Below, one piece after another: positions 9,474-17,509 of a stretch of 64,000 nucleotides of DNA (position 1 is its first letter; every line of letters starts with the position of its first letter). Below the pieces are notes generated by a model, which worked only from the letters and a program-made list of their open reading frames with translations, was not told the DNA's origin and did not search any database. The stretch lies in NCBI GenBank assembly GCA_963706005.1, contig CAVPLL010000001.1, positions 97,603-161,602 of the forward strand. Direction: 5' to 3'. The stretch comes from an uncultured Actinomycetes bacterium. Lineage in GTDB: Bacteria; Actinomycetota; UBA4738; HRBIN12. A program made the translations under genes and the position numbers.

Positions 9474-10250
9474 CTACCCTCGCCCCCCGGCGAGGGAAGC
9501 GACCTCCGCCGCTCCGTACGCGACCGCGACCACCAGCAGGAACGTGCCCACGGCGACGCGCAGCGTGCGCTCGCGCGCGCCGAGCGCGATGCGAGCGCCG
9601 ATCCGGACGCCCGGCACGACGCCGAGCGTGAGGACGAGGAAGATCGCCCAATCGATGTGGCCGAGGAGGGCGTGGACGATCGTGCCGGGGATCACGAGGA
9701 TCGCGATCACGAGCAGGGACGTCCCGAGCGCCCGACGCAGCGGCATGCCGATCCAGACCGTGAGGGCGGGGACCATGACGATCCCGCCGCCGATGCCGAG
9801 CAGGCCGGACACGAACCCGGCGACCAGCCCGATCGCCCCGTACTTCCACCCGGGGGTCCGGCCCTTCACCCAAGGCGTCTTCGGCGTCCGCCCGGCGATC
9901 ACCTGCGCGGCGGTGACGGCGATCAGTGCAGAGGTGACGACCAGCAACAGGTGTGCGTTCACCAGATCCGTCAGGAGCGCGCCGACGATCGCGCCACCGA
10001 TCCCCGGGACCGCAGCCCACCGCGCGGCGCGGACGCTCACCTCTCCGGCCTTCGCGTACGTGTACGAGCCGACGATGGACGTCGGCAGGATCACCGGGAG
10101 CGGGGTCGCGATCGCCTGGATCGCGGTTCCGCCGAGGAGCGTGTTCACCGCCGGGGTCGTGATGATCCCCCCGCCCACCCCGAACAGACCGGACAGGATG
10201 CCGGCGGCGAACCCCACGGCGATGCCGACACCGACCTGCAGCGGGGTCAC
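9474..10250 (-). CDS. TauE/SafE-family sulfite/anion exporter
   Basis: GTG at 10250 overlaps the NUDIX stop (GTGA). Duplicated G-rich TM motifs: GILSGLFGVGGGIITTP and GFVSGLLGIGGGIVMVP. Confidence 0.85.
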   Translation of the reverse strand: MTPLQVGVGIAVGFAAGILSGLFGVGGGIITTPAVNTLLGGTAIQAIATPLPVILPTSIVGSYTYAKAGEVSVRAARWAAVPGIGGAIVGALLTDLVNAHLLLVVTSALIAVTAAQVIAGRTPKTPWVKGRTPGWKYGAIGLVAGFVSGLLGIGGGIVMVPALTVWIGMPLRRALGTSLLVIAILVIPGTIVHALLGHIDWAIFLVLTLGVVPGVRIGARIALGARERTLRVAVGTFLLVVAVAYGAAEVASLAGGRG

Positions 10251-10672
10251 GAGAGCCGGTCGACGGCGCGCTCGATGACCTCGCGCTCGCCCTTGTACGC
10301 GGCGCGTTTGACCGCGGTGCGCAACGGGAACCAGCGGACATCCTCCATCTCGGCGTCGTGCTCGCTGACGTCGCCGCCGGTCGCCCGCATCAGGAAGAAG
10401 TGGACGCGCTTGCGCACCCGGACCCCTTCCCAGACGTAGAAGTACCGGATGTCGCCGAGGTCGGCCTCCACCGCCACCTGGAGCCCGGTCTCCTCGAGCA
10501 CCTCGCGCACCGCGGCCTGCTCCTCCGACTCGCCGGGCTCGATCGCGCCCTTGGCGAGGCCCCACGCGAGGTCGCCCCGGCGCGTTCGGCGTGCCGCGAG
10601 CGCCAGCTCGAGCGCGTCGTGCTCGCGGCGATAGACCACGCCCCCCGCGGACACTTCGTTGCGGGATTCCAT
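10247..10672 (-). CDS. NUDIX hydrolase
   Basis: Nudix box GLAKGAIEPGESEEQAAVREVLEETGL (GX5EX7REUXEEXGU). Confidence 0.85.
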   Translation of the reverse strand: MESRNEVSAGGVVYRREHDALELALAARRTRRGDLAWGLAKGAIEPGESEEQAAVREVLEETGLQVAVEADLGDIRYFYVWEGVRVRKRVHFFLMRATGGDVSEHDAEMEDVRWFPLRTAVKRAAYKGEREVIERAVDRLS

Positions 10673-10694
10673 CAGGGCCGGGGGGGGCCCTTCC

Positions 10695-10700
10695 TATACT
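10695..10700 (+). promoter_or_regulatory. -10-like TATACT for a leaderless dedA-pilT transcript
   Basis: TATACT ends 8 nt before GTG 10709, inside a 36-bp divergent intergenic region. Confidence 0.35.
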
Positions 10701-10708
10701 GGGCCGCC

Positions 10709-11377
10709 GTGCTCGACCGGATCATCGAGTTACTCCGTCCGTACCTCGAGCCGCCGTGGGGGTACGCCATCGTCTTCATGGCGACCTTCCTCGAGAACTC
10801 GGTGGGTGCCGGCGTCATCGTCCCGGGCGAGACCCTGGTCATCATCGGCGGATTCTATGCGCGCATCGGCGATCTCTGGCTCCCGGGGGTCGCGGTGGTC
10901 GCGATCGTCGGCGCGGTGCTCGGGGACAACCTCGGGTACTGGATCGGGCGCCGGTACGGCCGTGGCTTCCTCGAACGCCACGGGCGCAAGCTGTTCGTCA
11001 CGCCCGAGCGGCTCGAGGCCGCCGAGGGGTACTACCGTCGACACGGCGGCAAGACGGTGTTCCTGGGCCGCTTCATCCCGGTGGTGCGCAGCGTCGGGTT
11101 CATCGTGGCCGGGGTCGCCCATATGGAGTGGCGGCGGTTCATCGTGTACGACGTGGCCGGTGCCGTCCTGTGGGGGATCGGCCATTCCGTGCTCGGCTAC
11201 GCGCTCGGCGCGAGCTACCAGCGCTGGGAGCGGTACCTGACCCCCGGGGGGCTCGTCCTGCTGGCCGTCCTGCTTCTTCTGATCGGGGGCTCAAAGTTCC
11301 TCGCGGCGCGCCGACAAGTGAAGGAGGAGCTCGAGGAGGTCGAGGCCGAGCTCGAGCACGACCGGGAGGGCGAATAG
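10709..11377 (+). CDS. DedA-family membrane protein
   Basis: In-frame GTG at 10709. ENSVGAGVIVPGETLVIIGG, LGDNLGYWIGRRYG and GRFIPVVRS are DedA/SNARE-associated signatures. The upstream part of the track ORF is antisense shadow of the NUDIX gene. Confidence 0.85.
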   Translation: MLDRIIELLRPYLEPPWGYAIVFMATFLENSVGAGVIVPGETLVIIGGFYARIGDLWLPGVAVVAIVGAVLGDNLGYWIGRRYGRGFLERHGRKLFVTPERLEAAEGYYRRHGGKTVFLGRFIPVVRSVGFIVAGVAHMEWRRFIVYDVAGAVLWGIGHSVLGYALGASYQRWERYLTPGGLVLLAVLLLLIGGSKFLAARRQVKEELEEVEAELEHDREGE

Positions 11378-11382
11378 GCACG

Positions 11383-12456
11383 ATGGATGTAACCCAGCTG
11401 CTTCGGCACATGGTGGAGGTGGGCGCGAGCGACCTCCATCTGAAGGCGGGGAACGTCCCGTTCGTGCGGATCGACGGCGAGCTGAGCCCGACGGGGTTCG
11501 AGGCGATGTCGGGCAACGACACGGCCGCCGCCGCGGTCGCCCTCATGCCCGAGCACAAGCGGCGCGAGTTCGAGACCTCGAACGAGTCGGACTTCGGCCA
11601 CACGATGGCCGGCGTCGGCCGGTTCCGGATCAACGTCTTCCGGCAGCGGTCGATGGTGGGGCTCGCGATCCGGCGCGTGCGTTCGGAGGTCCCCACGGTC
11701 GCCGAGCTGATGCTTCCCCCCGTCATGGCCGAGCTCGCGGACTCGAGCCGCGGCCTGGTCCTGGTCACCGGGCCGACCGGGACGGGCAAGACGACCACGA
11801 TCGCCTCGATGATCGGGCACATCAACCGGACTCGCCGGGCCCACATCGTGACGATCGAGGACCCGATCGAGGTCGTGCACGACGACGACCGCGCGATCAT
11901 CCAGCAACGCGAGGTCGGGCTGGACACGGAGTCGTACGCGTCCGCCCTCCGGCACGTCGTGCGTCAGGACCCGGACGTGATCTTCGTCGGCGAGATCCGC
12001 GATCCCGAATCCGCGCTGTCGGCGATCCAGGCCGCGGAGACGGGGCACCTGGTGATCTCGACGATGCACACGATCGACTCGACCGAGACGATCAACCGGC
12101 TGCTCGACCTGTTCCCGGCTCAACAGCAGCGCGAGGTCCGGACGTCGTTCGCCGGGGCGCTCCGCGGGATCGTGTCGCAGCGCCTGGTGACGCGTTCGGA
12201 CGGCAAGGGCCGCGTCCCGGCGGTCGAGGTGCTGGTCTCGACCGGCCGCGTGTACGACCGCATCATCGACCCCGAAGCCACCATCGAGATCCGCGACATC
12301 ATCGCCGAGGGTGGGTTCTACGGGATGCAGACGTTCGACCAGGCGCTCGTGCACCTGGTCGAGCAGGACCTGGTGACCGAGGAGGACGCTCGGTTCGCGT
12401 CGACCAGCCCACACGACTTCGTCCTCGCGCTGCGAGGAACGCTCACGCGCGGCTGA
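11383..12456 (+). CDS. pilT: PilT-type twitching-motility/retraction ATPase
   Basis: ATG at 11383, 5 nt after the dedA stop. ASDLHL; Walker A GPTGTGKTTT; IVTIEDPIE; Walker B/Asp box DPDVIFVGEIRD; TGHLVISTMHT. Confidence 0.9.
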   Translation: MDVTQLLRHMVEVGASDLHLKAGNVPFVRIDGELSPTGFEAMSGNDTAAAAVALMPEHKRREFETSNESDFGHTMAGVGRFRINVFRQRSMVGLAIRRVRSEVPTVAELMLPPVMAELADSSRGLVLVTGPTGTGKTTTIASMIGHINRTRRAHIVTIEDPIEVVHDDDRAIIQQREVGLDTESYASALRHVVRQDPDVIFVGEIRDPESALSAIQAAETGHLVISTMHTIDSTETINRLLDLFPAQQQREVRTSFAGALRGIVSQRLVTRSDGKGRVPAVEVLVSTGRVYDRIIDPEATIEIRDIIAEGGFYGMQTFDQALVHLVEQDLVTEEDARFASTSPHDFVLALRGTLTRG

Positions 12457-12837
12457 TCAGCGCTCGCCCGGGTCCTGTTCCCCGGCCGCCCGACGCGCCG
12501 CGCGCTCCATCGGATGGCGCCGGTACCCGAACCCGATCGCGAGCAGCAGGTAGACCGGGATGAAGAACGGTCCCCACTGCATGTACTGACGGACGTGGTG
12601 GCGTTCGTGCACGAGGAGCCGTCCCTCGACCGGCACGGCTGCGACGATCACGAAGCCGACCGTCATGGCCGTGCGGTGCATCGAAGCAAGCAGCGCGGTC
12701 AGCCCTCGCGGTGACCGGTCGAACACGATCGCGCCCCCGTGCGCGCGCGGTGCCTGGAACGTGAGGGCGCCGAGCACGAGCCCCAGGAGCGTGTTCGGCA
12801 GCGTCCAGAAGAACCCGAGCCACTCGCCGGGGCGCAC
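12457..12837 (-). CDS. small polytopic membrane protein with an HExxH motif, unknown function
   Basis: Only the last 126 aa of the 591-aa track ORF are plausible. GTG at 12837. Three hydrophobic segments. LLVHERHHVRQY contains HExxH. The stop abuts the pilT stop (TGATCA). Confidence 0.5.
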   Translation of the reverse strand: MRPGEWLGFFWTLPNTLLGLVLGALTFQAPRAHGGAIVFDRSPRGLTALLASMHRTAMTVGFVIVAAVPVEGRLLVHERHHVRQYMQWGPFFIPVYLLLAIGFGYRRHPMERAARRAAGEQDPGER

Positions 12838-12936
12838 GCATCGGACGGTACCGCAGGTCGGCGCGCGATCGATGGCTCGGAGAGTGAGTTCCTCGTGAGC
12901 GGTGGGGTTCGGGCTCGGGGGTATCCTGAGCCCGTC

Positions 12937-14337
12937 ATGGCCGACCGGTCGCGTCCGAACGGCGGCGCGCGCCTCGAGATCCCCCCGATCGCCACCGAGC
13001 TCGGCGAGCGCTTCCGCATCGCCGGTCACGAGCTGTACCTGGTCGGCGGGGTCGTCCGGGACCTGCTGCTCGGCCGCGACCACGGAGATCTCGACTTCGC
13101 GACCGACGCCGTCCCTCGGGAGACCACGAAGGTGCTCCGGGGGTGGGCGGAGCGCCTGTACCTGGTCGGGGTCAAGTTCGGAACGGTGGGTGCCCGAAAG
13201 GGCGACCTGGTGCTCGAGATCACCACGTTCCGCGAGGAGGTCTACGCGGAGGAGCACCGCAAGCCGGCGGTCACGTTCGGCAGGGACCTGCGCACCGACC
13301 TGTCGCGACGCGACTTCACCGTCAACGCGATGGCGATCCGCCTGCCGGAGGGCGAGTTCGTCGACCCGTTCGGCGGCGTGAAGGACCTGGCCGCCAAGCG
13401 GCTGGACACCCCCCTGGATCCCGAGGTGGCCTTCTCCGACGACCCCCTGCGGATGCTCCGCGCGGCGAGGTTCGCCGCCCAGCTCGAGCTCGCCCCGGCG
13501 CCCCGCGTCGTCCGGGCGATCGAGCAGATGCACGAGCGCATGCAGATCGTCTCGGCCGAGCGGATCAACGACGAGCTCTCCAAGCTGCTCGTCGGCGACG
13601 CACCCGCTCGCGGGCTCGAGCTCGTGGCGCGGACCGAGCTGTCGGACGAGTTCGTGCCCGAGCTCTCCGCGCTGCGGCTGGAGCAGGATCCCGTGCACAA
13701 GCACAAGGACGTGTTCCAGCACACGCTCGCGGTCGTCGAGAAGTGCGAGCCGAACCTCACGCTCCGGCTCGCGGCGCTGCTCCACGACGTCGGCAAGCCG
13801 AGGACCCGTGAGATCACCCCCGAGGGGGTGTCCTTCCATCACCACGAGGTGGTCGGCGCGCGCATGGCTCGCGAACGGCTGCAGGCGCTCCGGTACCCGT
13901 CGACCGTCGTGGACGACGTCGCACGGCTGGTCGAGATGCACCTCCGCTTCCACGGCTACACCGAGTGGAGCGACAGCGCCGTCCGCCGGTACGTCCGTGA
14001 TGCCGGACCGCTGCTCGACCTGCTGAACCAGCTCACCCGGGCGGACTGCACGACCCAGAACCGGTTCAAGGCGAAGAAGCTGGAGGCGCTCCAGGACGAC
14101 CTGGAGGAGCGGATCGCGCGGCTGGCCGAGGAGGAGAACCTCGAGGCGCTCCGCCCGCCGCTCGACGGGACGCAGGTGATGGAGCACCTCGGCGTCGAGC
14201 CCGGCCCCGTCGTCGGACGTGCGCTCGAACACCTGATGGAGCTCCGTCTCGAACGCGGTCCGATCGATGCGGACGCCGCGTATCGCCTGCTCGATGCGTG
14301 GTGGGCGATCGAGCGAGCCACCCCGGGCGACCGATAG
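12937..14337 (+). CDS. cca: CCA-adding tRNA nucleotidyltransferase / poly(A) polymerase family with HD domain
   Basis: ATG at 12937. YLVGGVVRDLLLG...DLDFAT (polymerase-beta nucleotidyltransferase), RDFTVNAM, and an HD region LLHDVGKP...HHHEVVG. Confidence 0.85.
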   Translation: MADRSRPNGGARLEIPPIATELGERFRIAGHELYLVGGVVRDLLLGRDHGDLDFATDAVPRETTKVLRGWAERLYLVGVKFGTVGARKGDLVLEITTFREEVYAEEHRKPAVTFGRDLRTDLSRRDFTVNAMAIRLPEGEFVDPFGGVKDLAAKRLDTPLDPEVAFSDDPLRMLRAARFAAQLELAPAPRVVRAIEQMHERMQIVSAERINDELSKLLVGDAPARGLELVARTELSDEFVPELSALRLEQDPVHKHKDVFQHTLAVVEKCEPNLTLRLAALLHDVGKPRTREITPEGVSFHHHEVVGARMARERLQALRYPSTVVDDVARLVEMHLRFHGYTEWSDSAVRRYVRDAGPLLDLLNQLTRADCTTQNRFKAKKLEALQDDLEERIARLAEEENLEALRPPLDGTQVMEHLGVEPGPVVGRALEHLMELRLERGPIDADAAYRLLDAWWAIERATPGDR

Positions 14338-16697
14338 CTCCGAACGTGTCCGCCACCCTCGACGGCCTCACCCGCCAGGAGGTCGCCGACCGCGTCGCCC
14401 GCGGTCAGGTGAACGACGTCCCCGCCGTGCCCTCGCGCACGGTGCGTGAGATCGTCCGGGCGAACGTCCTCACCCGGTTCAACGCCCTGCTCGGCTCGCT
14501 CCTGGTGGTGATCCTGATCGTCGGGCCGATCCAGGACGCGCTGTTCGGCTTCGTGTTGATCGCGAACGCGGGCGTCGGGATCTTCCAGGAGCTGCGGGCC
14601 AAGCGGACCCTCGACAAGCTCGCGGTGCTCACGTCGCCCCACGCCCGGATCGTTCGCGAAGGGCAGGTGCGAGAGCAGCCGGTGAGCGAGGTCGTCCTGG
14701 ACGACGTGCTCGAGTTGCAACCCGGCGACCAGATCGTCGTCGACGGCGAGGTGCTCGAGGCCGCGGCCCTCGAGGTGGACGAGTCGCTCCTGACCGGCGA
14801 GTCGGAGGCCGTCGTCAAGTCGGCGGGCGACGAGGTGCTCTCGGGGTCGTTCGTCGCGGCGGGGAGCGGACGGCTCCGAGCCACACGCGTCGGTGCGGAG
14901 GCCTACGCCGCGCAGCTGGCCGAGCAGGGCCGGCGGTTCACGCTCACGCGGTCCGAGCTGCGGACCGGCATCGACCAGATCCTGCGGATCGTGACCTGGC
15001 TGTTGGTTCCGACCGCGACCCTGCTCCTGATCAGCCAGCTCCGCTCGAACGCGAGCGTGCGCGGGGCGCTCCGAGGTGCGGTCGCCGGCACCGTCGCCAT
15101 GGTCCCCGAGGGACTCGTGCTGCTGACGAGCGTGGCCTTCGCGGTCGGGGTCGTTCGTCTCGCGCGGCGCCGGGTGCTGGTCCAGGAGCTGCCGGCCGTC
15201 GAGGTGCTCGCTCGGGTCGATGTCCTGTGCATCGACAAGACGGGAACGCTCACCGAGGGTCGGCTCGTCGTCGACGAGGTCGAGCTCCTCGGCGAGGACG
15301 GGACCCACGCCGACGCCCTCGCCGCGCTCGCGGCGGCCGACCCCCATCCGAACGCCACGCTGCGAGCGATCGGCGAGCGCTTCTCCGAACCTCCGGACGG
15401 CTGGAGCGCGTCGCGAACGGTGCCGTTCTCCTCGGCGCGCAAGTGGAGCGGGGCCGAGTTCGGGACGAGGGGGGCATGGGTGCTCGGTGCGCCCGACGTG
15501 CTGCTCGGATCCCGACCCGGTGAGGACGCGCACCTGCGGAAGGCTCGTGCGCACGCCGAGGCCGGTCGCCGCGTGGTGCTCCTCGGGCGGACCGAGCTGT
15601 CGATCGACGGCGAGGCGCCTCCGGCGGGCCTCGTCCCGGTCGCGTTCGTGATCCTGACCGACCGCGTGAGGGAGACGGCGTCGACCACGCTCGCGTACTT
15701 CGCGAGGCAGGGAGTGGAGGTCAAGGTCATCAGCGGCGACCATCCCGAGACCGTGGCCGCGGTCGCGCGCCGGGTCGGGCTGCCGGGCGCCGACGCGCCG
15801 TTCGACGCGAAGGCCCTGCCCGAGGGTCGGGAGGCGCTCGCCGAGGTGCTCGAGACGCACTCGATCTTCGGACGCGTCACCCCGCAGCAGAAGCGCTCGA
15901 TGGTGGGTGCCCTGCAGTCACGCGGACACGTGGTCGCGATGACCGGGGACGGGGTGAACGACGTCCTCGCGCTGAAGGACGCCGACATCGGGATCGCGAT
16001 GGGGTCGGGGAGCTCGGCGACGCGGGCGGTCGCCCAGCTCGTGCTGCTGGACTCGACCTTCGACGCGATGCCGTCCGTGGTGGGCGAGGGGCGAAGGGTG
16101 CTCGGCAACATCGAGCGGACCTCGAACCTGTACGTCACGAAGACCGTGTACGCGATGCTCATCGCGCTCGGCGTGGGTGTGGTGGGCCTGCAGTTCCCGT
16201 TCCTGCCGCGCCAGCTCACGCTGATCGGGGCGCTCACGATCGGGATCCCGTCGTTCTTCCTCGCGCTCGCGCCGAACGACGAGCGGGCGCGGCCGGGGTT
16301 CCTCAAGCGCGTCCTGCGATTCACGATCCCGGCGGGGACCCTCGCTGCCGTCGCGACGTTCCTCGGCTACGTGCTCGCGAAGAACGAGCCCGGCGTCTCG
16401 CTCGCCGAGGCCCGGACGGCCGCGACGATGGTGCTCCTGTGGATCGGGTTCCTCGTGCTGTCGGTGATCGCGGCGCCGCTCACGGCGTGGCGGCTCGCGC
16501 TCGTGTGGGCCATGCCCGCGTTGTTCGCGCTCGTGATGGCGCTGCCGGCCGCCCGGGACTTCTTCGCGCTCTATCCACCGCCGCTCATCGTGTGGCTCGC
16601 GGCGTTCGGCATCGCGGCGCTGGTGTGGTCGTTCGCCCGGCTGTTCCTGCCGCCCGAGCGGCCGGTGGGGCCGGGTGCGCCGACGGCACCCGGCTGA
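14298..16697 (+). CDS. cation-translocating P-type ATPase (HAD superfamily, IC)
   Basis: TGES, phosphorylation site DKTGTLT, MTGDGVNDVLALKDADIGIAMG. About 10 TM segments. The start is either 14298 (overlapping cca) or the in-frame GTG at 14346. Confidence 0.9.
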   Translation: MVGDRASHPGRPIAPNVSATLDGLTRQEVADRVARGQVNDVPAVPSRTVREIVRANVLTRFNALLGSLLVVILIVGPIQDALFGFVLIANAGVGIFQELRAKRTLDKLAVLTSPHARIVREGQVREQPVSEVVLDDVLELQPGDQIVVDGEVLEAAALEVDESLLTGESEAVVKSAGDEVLSGSFVAAGSGRLRATRVGAEAYAAQLAEQGRRFTLTRSELRTGIDQILRIVTWLLVPTATLLLISQLRSNASVRGALRGAVAGTVAMVPEGLVLLTSVAFAVGVVRLARRRVLVQELPAVEVLARVDVLCIDKTGTLTEGRLVVDEVELLGEDGTHADALAALAAADPHPNATLRAIGERFSEPPDGWSASRTVPFSSARKWSGAEFGTRGAWVLGAPDVLLGSRPGEDAHLRKARAHAEAGRRVVLLGRTELSIDGEAPPAGLVPVAFVILTDRVRETASTTLAYFARQGVEVKVISGDHPETVAAVARRVGLPGADAPFDAKALPEGREALAEVLETHSIFGRVTPQQKRSMVGALQSRGHVVAMTGDGVNDVLALKDADIGIAMGSGSSATRAVAQLVLLDSTFDAMPSVVGEGRRVLGNIERTSNLYVTKTVYAMLIALGVGVVGLQFPFLPRQLTLIGALTIGIPSFFLALAPNDERARPGFLKRVLRFTIPAGTLAAVATFLGYVLAKNEPGVSLAEARTAATMVLLWIGFLVLSVIAAPLTAWRLALVWAMPALFALVMALPAARDFFALYPPPLIVWLAAFGIAALVWSFARLFLPPERPVGPGAPTAPG

Positions 16698-16718
16698 GCC
16701 TCGTCGTCGCCCGGTGCG

Positions 16719-17480
16719 TCAGCCGATGCCGCCGACGTGCGAGGGCGGCCAGATCAGCACGAACGCCTTGCCGATGACCTTGTCGAACGGCACGTAGCCC
16801 AGCCCGAACCTGCTGTCCGCGGAGTTGCCCCGGTTGTCGCCCATCACGAACAGCGAGTCGGCCGGGACCGTGTGGGGCGGGTAGTTGCCGTTGCTCTGCC
16901 TCGCCGCGTCCGTGAGGTACGGCTCATCGAGCTTCTTGCCGTCGATGTACACGACGTTGTCGCGGATCTCGATCGTCTCGCCCGGCAGGGCGATCACGCG
17001 CTTGATGAAGTCCTCGTTCTCCGGCTGCGCGAGCCCGATCCCTTCGCCGAGCCAGTGGAGCACCCCGCTGATGCCGGTCCGCTGGGGGAGCTCGCCCGGG
17101 TTCGGGTTCTCGAAGACGATCACGTCGCCCCGGGCGATGTCACCGCCGTCGAACATGAACTTGCTCACGAACACCCGGTCGCCGACCTGGAGCGTCGGAA
17201 CCATCGACTCGGATGGGATGTAGAACGCCTGGATCACGAACGTCTTCACCAGGATCGCGACCGCGAGCGCCACGAAGATCAGGAAGGGCGTAGAGCCGAG
17301 GAACCGACGGCCGGGCGAAACCTTCTCGACCGGCTGCTTCCCGGCCTCCTCGCTGATGCCGGGACCGCCGGGATCCGTGTCCGGTTCGACCGCCGCCAAG
17401 GGCGGCTCGGTCGTGCGGAGCGCGATCGCTTCGGGTTCCGACGGGGCGTCGTCGTCCGGGACGTGCCTGATCTCGGCCAT
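16719..17480 (-). CDS. lepB: signal peptidase I
   Basis: Catalytic Ser box IPSESMVPTL, Lys box IKRVIALPGE, GDNRGNSADSR. Confidence 0.9.
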   Translation of the reverse strand: MAEIRHVPDDDAPSEPEAIALRTTEPPLAAVEPDTDPGGPGISEEAGKQPVEKVSPGRRFLGSTPFLIFVALAVAILVKTFVIQAFYIPSESMVPTLQVGDRVFVSKFMFDGGDIARGDVIVFENPNPGELPQRTGISGVLHWLGEGIGLAQPENEDFIKRVIALPGETIEIRDNVVYIDGKKLDEPYLTDAARQSNGNYPPHTVPADSLFVMGDNRGNSADSRFGLGYVPFDKVIGKAFVLIWPPSHVGGIG

Positions 17481-17509
17481 GGGTTCCCCAGCTTACGGGT
17501 TCGGTTCCG

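Noticed and set aside
10709-12456. A type IV pilus or competence locus around pilT
   Set aside because: No pilin, PilB, PilC, PilM-Q or Tad genes are present in the neighbourhood.
12838-15860. Minus-strand ORFs (the remainder of the 591-aa ORF, and a 634-aa ORF) opposite cca and the P-type ATPase
   Set aside because: They have no motifs and an extreme Arg/Glu/Leu/Pro composition. The plus strand carries complete CCA-enzyme and P-type ATPase signatures.
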